From assembly GCF_000446015.1 (NCBI RefSeq), contig NC_022093.1, positions 1,530,001 to 1,562,000 of the forward strand: DNA of 32,000 bases, written 5' to 3'. Each line of letters starts with the position of its first letter. Positions within the stretch are counted from its first letter, which is position 1. The stretch is from Thermofilum adornatum (GTDB lineage: Archaea > Thermoproteota > Thermoprotei > Thermofilales > Thermofilaceae). Positions 1 to 9,279 of the stretch are shown piece after piece. The notes under the pieces were generated by a model. It ran no database searches. It had not been told where the DNA came from and saw nothing but the letters and a program-made list of their open reading frames with translations. A program made the translations under genes and the position numbers.

Positions 1-195
1 TATCTTGCCCCTCGTGGGCCTGTCTAGGCCCCCAATCAAGTGCAACATAGTTGTCTTCCCGCTACCGCTTGGACCAACTATTGCGAAGAACTCGCCCTTC
101 CTGACTGTCAGCGAGACTCCTCCCAGCGCTATTGTCTCGCTAGGTGGTTTACCGTAGATCTTCCAGACTTCCTCGAGCCTGATAATTTCACTCAT
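1..195 (-). CDS. ABC transporter ATP-binding subunit, 5' part only (continues past left edge)
   Basis: Not in the ORF track because there is no stop in the window. The reverse complement of 1-195 reads [65 protein letters not shown], with Walker A GPSGSGKT. Its ATG (195-193) overlaps the stop of the upstream permease gene (ATGAGTGA). Confidence 0.85.
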   Translation of the reverse strand, partial: MSEIIRLEEVWKIYGKPPSETIALGGVSLTVRKGEFFAIVGPSGSGKTTMLHLIGGLDRPTRGKI

Positions 196-1369
196 ACCTC
201 AACGCCTCTACAGGGTTCAGCGAAGCGCCCCTCCTTGCAGGTATGAATGCCGCCAAAACATTTGAAGCAAGTGGTAGAAGGGCGGCCAGCAGAATGGTGT
301 TCAGAGACAAGACGGGGGAAATTACTATTCCGAATGCAGAGACCTTCATGAAGTTGGAAGCCATATAGGCAAGGGAAAGGCCGATGAACACGCCTATCGA
401 GGAGACGATTGCAGTCTCTAGAAGGAAAATTATCAAGATGTCTCTGCTTGTATATCCAAGCGCCTTGAGGATGCCTATTTCCTTTGTCCTCTGGGTCACG
501 CTTATCGTCGTGCTGTCAAAGATCCAGAGCGCCGTCACGCCCATCCCAACCGCAGATATAATTGCAACAAATGCTTGTAGCGCGCCTACAAGCATGGTAA
601 ACTGTTTCACCATGGCCGCGGCAGAGATGATTCTTGCACCTGGCGGAGCCAGAGCCCTAATGTTCTCGGTGATCGCGTCTAGCCTGTTGAGGTCATCTAC
701 TAGGACTATGGCTACTGGATAGTTCCTCGTTTTACCTATAAACGTGAAGTAAGCGTCGGGGTCCATGTAGATTGTTGCTGTCTGGAACTCGTGCCCCATA
801 GACATGGAGGAGCTTGTCTGTTCAAGGAGGCCTGTGACAAACAGCTGGATCGTTTTTCCGCTAACCCTCACTGTAAGAGTCGACCCGACATCAAGTAGCT
901 TCCTGCCGGTTCCCGGGTCCATCCAAAGGTTATATGAGGCTAAGACCCCCAGCCCTTTTGGAAAGGATTCGCCCTCAGCTACAGCTTTCCTCATGTCTGA
1001 CACGCCGAGGTATCTCGGCAAGAAGTCTGGATCTACAGCTACTATGCTTACTTGTTGCTCCCCTTTCTCGGTATAAACAGTTCCAGAAGCCATGAGGATG
1101 CCATGTGCGTTCCTAACGCCAGGTATGCTTTTGAAGTAGGCTATGTCTGCATCTGTTAACCCGGTTGGTCCACCTATAACAAATACACTATCTGCCGCTA
1201 TGGTTGACTGTAGCTGCTCGACAAATGCTTTCTGGAAGCTTTCCCCAACCCCTAGAGCGAGGCTTAGGGCAAGAACGGCTATAAGTACTCCGAGAACGGC
1301 TCCTACGGCTCTTCCCTTCTTTTCCTTGATGCTTGTATAGGAAATATAGAAATAGTCAGACAGGTTCAT
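188..1369 (-). CDS. MacB/FtsX-type ABC transporter permease
   Basis: 393 aa. It has an N-terminal TM helix ([21 protein letters not shown]), a large extracytoplasmic domain, and a C-terminal FtsX-like TM block ([33 protein letters not shown]). It is translationally coupled to the ATPase gene. Confidence 0.85.
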   Translation of the reverse strand: MNLSDYFYISYTSIKEKKGRAVGAVLGVLIAVLALSLALGVGESFQKAFVEQLQSTIAADSVFVIGGPTGLTDADIAYFKSIPGVRNAHGILMASGTVYTEKGEQQVSIVAVDPDFLPRYLGVSDMRKAVAEGESFPKGLGVLASYNLWMDPGTGRKLLDVGSTLTVRVSGKTIQLFVTGLLEQTSSSMSMGHEFQTATIYMDPDAYFTFIGKTRNYPVAIVLVDDLNRLDAITENIRALAPPGARIISAAAMVKQFTMLVGALQAFVAIISAVGMGVTALWIFDSTTISVTQRTKEIGILKALGYTSRDILIIFLLETAIVSSIGVFIGLSLAYMASNFMKVSAFGIVISPVLSLNTILLAALLPLASNVLAAFIPARRGASLNPVEALRYE

Positions 1370-1379
1370 TAGCTAACCC

Positions 1380-2948
1380 CTACTTTTTAGCCCTTCTCCT
1401 ATATGCGGCAAATGCAACCGCTACAATGATTATTAGTGTAAGGGCTATGAGTAAAGAATTGTCTCTGAAATTGGAGGCTTGCTGAGTAGAGCTACTTGTT
1501 GTAGCCGGGGAGACATTTATTAAGACTGTTCTTTCGGTGTTCATGACTCTGCCATAGGCATCCCTGTATGTTACAATGAATTTTACCTCCTGGACTCCTT
1601 CCAGTGTAGCCTTGAAGCTGAATGGTAGAGACGTTAAGACCTGTGGATTGAGCTGTCCCAGATACGTGTAGGTTGACCTTAGAGGTGCTAGTCCCTGAGA
1701 TGCCGTTGCAGAAACGTTTACTCCGTATACTGGGAAAGAGCCGTCGTTTATGAGTCCCACTGCGACAATGACGTTTCCCCCTACCTGCGGGCTCTGTGGC
1801 ACAATGTCTGTCGAAGTTATTGTTACCCTAGAGGTTTGTGCAATATAGAAGGAGAATGTTCCAGCCGTATTTACGACTCCGCCGCCTTCAACAGTGTATA
1901 GGGCCTGGTACGAGACAGTCTCGCTGCTTGAGGCCGTCGTTGGGACAGACACGGAAATCGGTATTGTTTTTACTTCTCCTGGCCGGAGATCACCGATGCT
2001 GAGCATTGCCGGAGAAATGCTTAGCGGGCTTTTTTGGAGGCTCAGTATAATGTTAAGGTTCTTTATTGGAACGTTTCCAGCATTTATCACCTTTAGGTTG
2101 ACGTTGGAGGCCTGGCCCGAAGCGAGGACAGACGGCTCGGGGACTACGAGTATGCTTTGGCCTGTTGTTGCATAGAATGGGATTTGGAGGGAAGATGTCT
2201 TCTTGTTTCCCATACAGTCAGTGTAGCTGAGTGTTACTGCTAGAGATGGAAAGTTGCTTTGAGGAATAATTTGTAGGGGCAGGCTCTTTTTCATGCCGGG
2301 ATCTAGCCGGCCAACCTCTAGTACCGTGGGTATCGACGTGTTAAGCAGTAGGGAGCCTTGGGGAATAATCGTAATCACTAAATTGTCAACGCTACTTTGT
2401 CCACTGTTCACGACCGTTAGGAAGACAGGGTTAACAGAGGACAAATACGTGGGCTGTGGATTCAGGGAGACCTGTAGCTGTTCTCCCCAGCAAGCCGTGA
2501 GAGTCGTGTCTAGAGATGTTGTCCCACCGTATCCTGTATTCATTTTTAGGGAATCGTCCCACGAGTCGCTCCAGGAAATAACTATTTCGCTCTGGCAATT
2601 GGAACTTAGCTTGGTTGTGTCCACTGTGAAGGTAGCAATTTTCTGTGTTGATGGACGCCAGGAACCCAAGCTAACGGGGTCCGTTGTATATGTAGAGTTG
2701 CCGCAGGTAATCTTTAGTTGCATGGATGAGCCTAGCAAGGTATATGTTCCAAAATACGAGACTGTTACCTGTACAACGCTGGCGGGATAGCTACTGTCCA
2801 GTACATTGATGCCTTCCAAGGTAAAGACAACGACCTTGCTCCCGAGGGTACCCTTGGTCACCGGTTGAGAAAAAGTTGAGACGGAGATAACGAGAAGCAC
2901 GGCAGTGGCTATGGCAGCAAATCTGTTTTTGTTTTTAAGCGTCCACAT
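1380..2948 (-). CDS. Secreted surface protein with repeated CARDB/S-layer-type Ig-like domains and a C-terminal membrane anchor
   Basis: 522 aa with a signal-like N-terminus (FAAIATAVLLVISVSTFS). It has recurrent CARDB-like strands (LTVVNSGQSSVDNLVITI, LKVINAGNVPIKNLNIIL, VGLINDGSFPVYGVNVSA) and a C-terminal TM helix followed by the basic tail RRRAKK. It sits in an operon with the MacB-type ABC genes. Confidence 0.6.
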   Translation of the reverse strand: MWTLKNKNRFAAIATAVLLVISVSTFSQPVTKGTLGSKVVVFTLEGINVLDSSYPASVVQVTVSYFGTYTLLGSSMQLKITCGNSTYTTDPVSLGSWRPSTQKIATFTVDTTKLSSNCQSEIVISWSDSWDDSLKMNTGYGGTTSLDTTLTACWGEQLQVSLNPQPTYLSSVNPVFLTVVNSGQSSVDNLVITIIPQGSLLLNTSIPTVLEVGRLDPGMKKSLPLQIIPQSNFPSLAVTLSYTDCMGNKKTSSLQIPFYATTGQSILVVPEPSVLASGQASNVNLKVINAGNVPIKNLNIILSLQKSPLSISPAMLSIGDLRPGEVKTIPISVSVPTTASSSETVSYQALYTVEGGGVVNTAGTFSFYIAQTSRVTITSTDIVPQSPQVGGNVIVAVGLINDGSFPVYGVNVSATASQGLAPLRSTYTYLGQLNPQVLTSLPFSFKATLEGVQEVKFIVTYRDAYGRVMNTERTVLINVSPATTSSSTQQASNFRDNSLLIALTLIIIVAVAFAAYRRRAKK

Positions 2949-2991
2949 GTTAATCGGACCTTATCGTTTACCGATATTAATATATTTATCG

Positions 2992-3420
2992 TTACTGCGC
3001 AGAAGACGAAAGCTTAGCAAGTTCTTCAACTATTTTCTTTAGTTTTTCTCTCGACTCGGCCGATACCTTCAGTGCCAAACCTGACTCCTTGAGGTATTCA
3101 ACGTAGCCCTCTATTATACTCAAGACATCCTCCAATGTCTCAGGTTGCCCAGGCATGCACATCTTCTCGAGCTCTAGTCTTCCCTTGTCTGTCAAATAGT
3201 AGACCTTTTGCCATCCCTTCTCCTCGTGCCTCACAAGCCCATTCTTTTCTAGGAGCTTTAGTGTTGGATATACGGCTCCAGGAGAAGGTTTCCAGAAGCC
3301 AAGCGTCATTGCTTCTATTTCTTCGATTATCTCGATTCCTGTCATGGGACGTCTCCGTAATAGGGATAGGATTGTTAACGTGAGAGGATTTTTCGCAAAT
3401 CTACCCATGAATATGTGCAT
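2992..3420 (-). CDS. PadR-family winged-helix transcriptional regulator
   Basis: LTILSLLRRRPMTGIEIIEEIEAMTLGFWKPSPGAVYPTLKLLEKNGLVRHEE is a typical PadR wHTH. A TATA-like TTTATATAGG lies about 27 nt upstream of the ATG at 3420. Confidence 0.85.
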   Translation of the reverse strand: MHIFMGRFAKNPLTLTILSLLRRRPMTGIEIIEEIEAMTLGFWKPSPGAVYPTLKLLEKNGLVRHEEKGWQKVYYLTDKGRLELEKMCMPGQPETLEDVLSIIEGYVEYLKESGLALKVSAESREKLKKIVEELAKLSSSAQ

Positions 3421-3473
3421 ATCAGTAACCGATATGTTTTACCTATATAAAGTTTTTCCATCTAGATGAGACC

Positions 3474-5369
3474 TCACAAATCCTTTCTCGCAACTATTTC
3501 AGCGATGCTTGGGAATCTTTCCAGTTCCCGATGAGGCAGTTGTAACGCATAAGCGAATTCTTTGTTGAAGAGGGGATCCAGGGAGAGCTCGAAGTATCTT
3601 GCTCGCTTGGCAATTATTTCTGCTTCTTCGCGTGCCTTTCTCGAAAGTAGTGCTAGATCAGCGCCAGCTATCGCCGTGTTACCAACGAATTTTATCTTTT
3701 CCAGCTCTACGTCTGGGATCATCCCGACAACCTTCGCGTGGAATGGGTCTATGTGGTAGCCGAAGGAGCCGGCAATGAGAACCTCGCTAAGGTTTTCTGG
3801 ATCCAGTTTTCTTCTCTTTAATGCTATCGATATTCCCGCATATATCGCGGCCTTTGCAAGCAGGAACTCGCTAATGTCCTTTTCCCACAACACTATGTTT
3901 TTCCCAATGCTTGTCTCGTTGCTCCAAGCAATTACATATCCGCGGCCCTTTTCGTCTCTGATAAGTCTCTCAGTTGCCGATCCCCCGACAAATTTTCCAC
4001 GCTTATCTATTATGCCCCGCAGGAATAGTTGGGCAACAGCGTCTATAATTCCAGAGCCGCATATGCCGCTCGGAGGGGCATTGTTTATGGTTCTGTATTC
4101 TACGTCTCCACCCTCATCAATTGTTACCCTTTCTATCGCCCCCTCAACAGCCTTCATCCCGAAAGTTATGTGTCCCCCTTCTAGGGCTGGTCCAGATGGC
4201 GTGGAGCAAGTTACATAGTCCTCAGCGTTTCCTGCAAATATATCAGTGTTTGTACCTATGTCCACCAGGAGAATGTCTTCGCTTTTTTCGACGAGACCTA
4301 TTGCGAGGGCGTCTGCAACTGCGTCTGCACCAACATAGCCTGCTATCACTGGCAGTACAGTTACCTTTCCACGCCTGTTTATCTTCAGGCCGACTTCTCG
4401 AGCTTCAAGACTATAGCTCCTAGTGATTACGGGTGTAAACGGAGAGGAGGACAGGTAGCGGGTGGGCAGGCCCAGGAAAAAGTGGTGCATAGCCGTGTTG
4501 CCAACGATTACTGCCTCGTATATGTCCTCGCTGGAAACACCTGCCTCTGAGACAACTTTCTCGATTAGGCTATTTATTGCGTCTATCAAAAGCCAGTGTA
4601 GCCGTTGCAAATTCTCGGGGCCGATGTTTGCATAGGACATCCTCGACATTATGTCTTCTCCATAGCTAAGCTGGGGGTTCTCTGCGAAGGCTACTCTCTC
4701 AATCTTGCCATTTTCAAGGTTTACGAGGTGAACAACAATCTTCGAGGTGCCTATGTCTACGGCCAGCCCGTAAACGGGTCGCTGGCTTGTTGTCTCTTCT
4801 ATCGAAACTATCTCGTTGCCCCAAAGCACGAGGGATAGGCTCCAGTTGCTGTTTCTTGCTTTGTTGGGTAAATCTCTTAAGACGTCCAGGGAAGCCTTCA
4901 CGTCGTTTGTCTCTAGCACTTTTCTTAGTGTGTCTGCTAGTCTCTCGTAGTCGCTTCTAGGGTCCTCTAGGCTGGGAGCTCTGAGAACAACCTTTATCCT
5001 TTTGACTAATGGGTCTAACGTAACGTTTCTCATGTATCCTTCACTGACAATCTTTCTCTGTGTAGGTTTGGCCCTGCTTTCCGGGGGGACAAAAACGACG
5101 ATGTCCCCGTCTTCGATAATCCTTGCCTGGCAGGCCAGCCTGTATCCCTTCCTGGCTTCGTCTAAGGTTAGAAACTTTTCCTCGCTCCTCGTGAGAGGAT
5201 TCAGAGATTCTTGTCCCCTTACTATCAATACCTTGTCTTTGCCGCATGCCCCGAAGCCTCCGCAGAGGGATTCGAGAATGACGCCGGTGTCTCTGAGGAC
5301 TTGGAGTAGTGTCTGGCCCCTATGGGCTGGAATTCTTTTTCCCTCGGGCTCTAGGATGATCTTTGCCAT
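3474..5369 (-). CDS. RACo-like protein: N-terminal [2Fe-2S]-ferredoxin-like domain plus C-terminal ASKHA (actin-fold) ATPase domain (COG3894/DUF4445 type)
   Basis: 631 aa. The N-terminus has CGGFGACGKDKV...LACQARI. ASKHA phosphate and adenosine motifs are present: LAVDIGTSKIVV, LLVDIGTNTDIF, GICGSGIIDAVAQ. Confidence 0.7.
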   Translation of the reverse strand: MAKIILEPEGKRIPAHRGQTLLQVLRDTGVILESLCGGFGACGKDKVLIVRGQESLNPLTRSEEKFLTLDEARKGYRLACQARIIEDGDIVVFVPPESRAKPTQRKIVSEGYMRNVTLDPLVKRIKVVLRAPSLEDPRSDYERLADTLRKVLETNDVKASLDVLRDLPNKARNSNWSLSLVLWGNEIVSIEETTSQRPVYGLAVDIGTSKIVVHLVNLENGKIERVAFAENPQLSYGEDIMSRMSYANIGPENLQRLHWLLIDAINSLIEKVVSEAGVSSEDIYEAVIVGNTAMHHFFLGLPTRYLSSSPFTPVITRSYSLEAREVGLKINRRGKVTVLPVIAGYVGADAVADALAIGLVEKSEDILLVDIGTNTDIFAGNAEDYVTCSTPSGPALEGGHITFGMKAVEGAIERVTIDEGGDVEYRTINNAPPSGICGSGIIDAVAQLFLRGIIDKRGKFVGGSATERLIRDEKGRGYVIAWSNETSIGKNIVLWEKDISEFLLAKAAIYAGISIALKRRKLDPENLSEVLIAGSFGYHIDPFHAKVVGMIPDVELEKIKFVGNTAIAGADLALLSRKAREEAEIIAKRARYFELSLDPLFNKEFAYALQLPHRELERFPSIAEIVARKDL

Positions 5370-5512
5370 CGATATCTTGGGGAGAGACTTCTTGCTGGAA
5401 ACTCTTAAAGGTTACCCCTTTGAGTTTCCTTTTTTTGAGCATTATTTCGCTTAGGGTCCAATGTATAAAGTAAAATTTATATATCGCCACACTCGAGATT
5501 TTTAGAGTCTGT

Positions 5513-6520
5513 ATGGGTAGCTATGCTGTAGAGGCCCGCAACCTTAGGAAAATCTTCAGGACACGTGAAGGTGGGATACTTTTCCGCGGAAAACAGAGGG
5601 AGATAGTTGCAGTAAACGATGTAAGTTTCTACATCAATTTCGGAGAGATCTTTGGGCTTCTAGGCCCAAATGGGGCGGGAAAAACTACAACAATAAAGAT
5701 ACTGAGCACGCTACTTTTACCTGACTCTGGCGAAGCCTGGGTCAACGGGTTTAACGTTGTCACCGAGGCAAAGATGGTTAGGGAGAGCATAGGAGTCAGC
5801 TTGTACAGTGACAGGGGGTTTTACTGGAAGCTTACGGGGAGAGAGAACCTCATGTACTTTGCGAGGCTCTACCACCTCCAGCGTGACTATGCAGAGAGAA
5901 GAATCAACGAGCTATTTAACATGCTGGATCTTGCAGGCGATGCCGACAGGCTTGTTGAGGAATATAGTACAGGGATGAAGTCAAAGCTTAACATTGCACG
6001 TGCCCTTCTCCACGACCCTCCCATCCTGTTCTTGGACGAGCCTACCATTGGGCTCGACCCGAATTCTGCCAGGAAGGTAAGAGAGGTTGTTCTCGAGCTA
6101 AAGAAACAGGGAAAAACTATTCTGTTGACCACGCATAACATGTTTGAGGCTGAATACCTCTCAGACAGGGTCGCAATAATAAACAAGGGGAGGATCATCG
6201 CTATTGGGACTCCGAGAGAGCTAAAAGAAAAGGTCTCAGGCAAACGGGTAGTGGAGCTAGAGGTCTCCGGAAACTACAGAAAGCTCGAGGCGGGGCTGAA
6301 AGGTATTGGTGGGGTCGAAGCAGTGTCCTTGCAGGAAAATAATGGTTCAGGCTACACTTCGCTTATACGGATTATTTACAGCGGTGATGAGGTTCTAGAC
6401 AGGATCATAGCCATGCTAGCAAATAGCGACGTAAAGATCAGGAGCCTTAGAAACCTTGAACCAACGCTCGAGGATGTGTTTGTGTACTATACGGGTGAGA
6501 GACTTGCAGAAAAAAGCTAG
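5513..6520 (+). CDS. ABC-2/DrrA-type ABC transporter ATP-binding protein
   Basis: Walker A GPNGAGKTT, signature YSTGMKSKL, Walker B ILFLDEPTIGLD, H-loop LLTTHNM. TATA AAATTTATATAT lies about 30 nt upstream. Confidence 0.9.
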   Translation: MGSYAVEARNLRKIFRTREGGILFRGKQREIVAVNDVSFYINFGEIFGLLGPNGAGKTTTIKILSTLLLPDSGEAWVNGFNVVTEAKMVRESIGVSLYSDRGFYWKLTGRENLMYFARLYHLQRDYAERRINELFNMLDLAGDADRLVEEYSTGMKSKLNIARALLHDPPILFLDEPTIGLDPNSARKVREVVLELKKQGKTILLTTHNMFEAEYLSDRVAIINKGRIIAIGTPRELKEKVSGKRVVELEVSGNYRKLEAGLKGIGGVEAVSLQENNGSGYTSLIRIIYSGDEVLDRIIAMLANSDVKIRSLRNLEPTLEDVFVYYTGERLAEKS

Positions 6521-7343
6521 GTTCCCTATCTTCTCCCTCGCGCTGGGAATACTCGCCAAGGAGCTAAAAATAATGTCTAGATACATTGGGAGCTTGCTAC
6601 TAGTGCTCTTCATGCCTTTCGGTATGAGTGGCCTATACCTTGGTGTCGGCTACGCGTTGGCAGGAGAAAAATCATTTTCGAACTTCCAGGCAAACACGGG
6701 TGTAGCCACGCCACTAGCATATTTTGTCGTGGGGGGAGTCCTAATGATTGCAAGCATGGTGATGATTGAAAACGCCTCTTCTATTATAAGGGAGGAACAG
6801 CTCATCGGAACATTTGAACTGCACTACTTGACTCCGAACAGCCCTGTCTTGACATGGATGCTTCATGCCTTCGCCTGGAGCATCTTGATGGTCATAGTCT
6901 TCGCAGTCGACATATCTATAGTACTTGCAACAGCCATCGTGGGCTACGACTATTTGACCGTTGTCTTGATTTTCGTTGTAGTCTTTATAGGGCTGATCCC
7001 CCTAGCCGGCCTCGGGCTGGTAATAGCGGCACTAACTATAAGGTTTAAAGAGGTATACGCCGTGTCAAGCACCATTAACGCCTTCATATCGATGCTCTCG
7101 GGCTTCTACTACCCATTAGAGATTTTTCCCAGGATTGTCCAGGCAGTAGCACAACTATTGCCAACCACCCACGTATCAATAATCACCAAGACACTAATAG
7201 GCGCAAGTTCAGGCCAACTCTCAGTAGGCGATAGGATACTCGTAATGGTTCTGCTGGCCTTCCTCTACCTAACCTTCGGCAAGACTATTTACCAGAGGTG
7301 GGAGAATGAGGCAAGGAAAAGAGGGGAGCTCTCAAAATATTAA
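6456..7343 (+). CDS. ABC-2 type transporter permease (first of two); true start probably 6474-6507
   Basis: It has six predicted TM helices and an N-terminal LAKELKIMSRYIGSLLL typical of ABC-2 permeases. The ORF-track start overlaps the ATPase gene by 65 nt. The in-frame ATG at 6474, or the TTG at 6507 preceded by GGTGA, are more plausible starts. Confidence 0.75.
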   Translation: MNQRSRMCLCTIRVRDLQKKARFPIFSLALGILAKELKIMSRYIGSLLLVLFMPFGMSGLYLGVGYALAGEKSFSNFQANTGVATPLAYFVVGGVLMIASMVMIENASSIIREEQLIGTFELHYLTPNSPVLTWMLHAFAWSILMVIVFAVDISIVLATAIVGYDYLTVVLIFVVVFIGLIPLAGLGLVIAALTIRFKEVYAVSSTINAFISMLSGFYYPLEIFPRIVQAVAQLLPTTHVSIITKTLIGASSGQLSVGDRILVMVLLAFLYLTFGKTIYQRWENEARKRGELSKY

Positions 7344-8157
7344 GGCCAGATCCATACAAGCGCTACTACTCGAAATAGAAGCAGCGGCAACCATTGGGTT
7401 TAAGACCTACTTTAGATACATTGCATGGCTAATCTCAGACATAATTACGACCCCTGCATGGCTAATCATGATAATTGTCCCCATGCTTCTATTCCTGCCA
7501 CAGGAACAGTGGCGCGACCCCTTAATACTGAACTCTTTCCTTTGGGCGATGGTACTCTGGGACATCGTATCGTCGGGCCTCTGGACCTTCGGCATGGCTA
7601 TTAGGAGGGAGCAACAGACAGGCACCCTAGAGTTCCTCCTCCTAACAAATGCCAATAGGGCAATCCTCTTCTCGAGAAACATATTTACGAGGCTCTTCTC
7701 GCTCACCCTATCAGTCATATATTCGTTTGTATTCTTTGTTTTTCTCTTCGGCATAAACATAATCCTCCTAAATCCAATCTTAACCCTCGTCACACTACTG
7801 TCTGGACTCGTTGCATCCCTCGGCTTCGGCCTCCTATACGGGGCAGCCGTATTCAAATACAAAAACGTGGGACCCCTCACAAACATACTTCAATTCCTGA
7901 TTCTCGGGATATGCGGAATATTTTTCCCAGTAACCACGCTTCCAGAACCACTAAGGCTAATAGCTTACCCACTGCCGTTTACCTACACAGCAGACCTACT
8001 AAGACACTATGCCCTAGGCACTCCAACAATTTTCCCTCCAGGTATAGAGTGGGCCCTATACGTTCTAGAAATCTCCGTATACTTGTCGCTGGGACTACTT
8101 GCACTGTACCTAGTAGAGAAAAATCTTAAAGCAACTGGACAACTGGGGGCATACTAA
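7306..8157 (+). CDS. ABC-2 type transporter permease (second)
   Basis: 283 aa and polytopic (e.g. ITTPAWLIMIIVPMLLFL, VIYSFVFFVFLFGINIILL). It overlaps the previous permease gene, and the operon order is ATPase-permease-permease. Confidence 0.75.
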   Translation: MRQGKEGSSQNIKARSIQALLLEIEAAATIGFKTYFRYIAWLISDIITTPAWLIMIIVPMLLFLPQEQWRDPLILNSFLWAMVLWDIVSSGLWTFGMAIRREQQTGTLEFLLLTNANRAILFSRNIFTRLFSLTLSVIYSFVFFVFLFGINIILLNPILTLVTLLSGLVASLGFGLLYGAAVFKYKNVGPLTNILQFLILGICGIFFPVTTLPEPLRLIAYPLPFTYTADLLRHYALGTPTIFPPGIEWALYVLEISVYLSLGLLALYLVEKNLKATGQLGAY

Positions 8158-8174
8158 AACAAAGAAAATACCTC

Positions 8175-9074
8175 CTATAGTTTCTCTATTACCTCTGGAT
8201 ACCGCATAATAGAGTCAGCAGCCAAAGTCACTACTCTAAGCCCACGCATCGCATACCTAGTAGCAACATAGAAGTTTGCACCGCTCGAGGGCCCGGCCAG
8301 AATACCCCTAGACATTAGTTCCCTAACGCCGCTAATCGCCTCTTCAAGCGAGACACCCACCAACTCGTCGACAACCGAGCCATACCTCGAAAAAATCCCC
8401 GAGACAAGTGTGGAGGCAAGACCCTCAATATTGTCGCCCAAGCTGCCGCCAAGCAGAGGAGACCCGCTCGGCGCCACGCCTATTATCCTCACGCCTGGCA
8501 AATTTTCGCAGAGATATTTACCGACCCCAACAATAGTACCGCCAGTTCCTACGCCCATAATAAATGCGTCGAAGCTCTCGACCTGCCTACGTATTTCAGG
8601 GCCAGTAGTCTCGTAGTGTGCACGCCAGTTTGCGTCGTTGTCGTACTGGTTTAGGAAGACAAGGCCATTTTCCTCGGCAAACCTTCTAGCCACATTAACG
8701 TAGTGCCCAGGATCCCCGTAGGGCCTACGGGGAACCAAGTGGATCTCTGCACCGAGCCCCCGCAGTAGGGCAAGCTTGCCCCTGGAAACAGTGTCTTCAG
8801 TAAATATCACGGGCTTTAGGCCGAGAAGGTTGCAGACCCAGCTAACACTTATAGCCGTGTTGCCGCTCGAAGCCTCCACAACCTTGTCGTTGTCCTTTAG
8901 TAGGTCTCGGGAAACAGCTTCACGCAACATGTAATACGCGATCCTGTCCTTGTGGCTACCCGTGGGATTCATGTATTCAAGCTTAACATAGACTTTTCCA
9001 GGGCCCACATCTAACCCAACGACAGGCGTATTGCCAATAAGCCTCGAAACAGCTTCAAGCTTCTCCAAAAGCAT
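8175..9074 (-). CDS. PLP-dependent fold-type II enzyme (cysteine synthase / cystathionine beta-synthase family)
   Basis: GNTPVV...KLEYMNPTGSHKDRIAYYM carries the PLP lysine, and GVGTGGTIVGVGKY is a glycine-rich phosphate loop. I moved the start to the internal ATG at 9074 (MLLEKLEAV...). TTATATATTTTTA lies 16-28 nt upstream of it, and the longer track ORF (to 9146) would overlap a better-supported small gene. Confidence 0.85.
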   Translation of the reverse strand: MLLEKLEAVSRLIGNTPVVGLDVGPGKVYVKLEYMNPTGSHKDRIAYYMLREAVSRDLLKDNDKVVEASSGNTAISVSWVCNLLGLKPVIFTEDTVSRGKLALLRGLGAEIHLVPRRPYGDPGHYVNVARRFAEENGLVFLNQYDNDANWRAHYETTGPEIRRQVESFDAFIMGVGTGGTIVGVGKYLCENLPGVRIIGVAPSGSPLLGGSLGDNIEGLASTLVSGIFSRYGSVVDELVGVSLEEAISGVRELMSRGILAGPSSGANFYVATRYAMRGLRVVTLAADSIMRYPEVIEKL

Positions 9075-9089
9075 ACCACAAGAAACCCA

Positions 9090-9102
9090 TAAAAATATAT
9101 AA
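9090..9102 (-). promoter_or_regulatory. TATA box for the PLP-enzyme gene (leaderless start at 9074)
   Basis: The minus strand reads TTATATATTTTTA, ending about 16 nt before the ATG. Confidence 0.5.
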
Positions 9103-9108
9103 GTATAG

Positions 9109-9279
9109 CTAGCCGCCACAACAGCTAGAAGACTCCCCAGCCCCACTCACGAGCTTGTTCTTCTCGTACAGCTTCTCCCAGCAGTCTCTACAAACCCACA
9201 CGCCACCTAGCTCCTTGTGCTCGGCAAAAAGCAGTGTCTCAACTTCTTTCCCGCAGATCGCACACTTATACTTCTTCAC
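9109..9279 (-). CDS. Small zinc-ribbon protein (56 aa), missed by the ORF track
   Basis: GTG start preceded by GAGGTGATACGGC (SD GAGGTGAT) and an upstream TTTTTATATCTC TATA box. The product is MKKYKCAICGKEVETLLFAEHKELGGVWVCRDCWEKLYEKNKLVSGAGESSSCCGG, with two CxxC knuckles. Confidence 0.45.
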   Translation of the reverse strand: MKKYKCAICGKEVETLLFAEHKELGGVWVCRDCWEKLYEKNKLVSGAGESSSCCGG

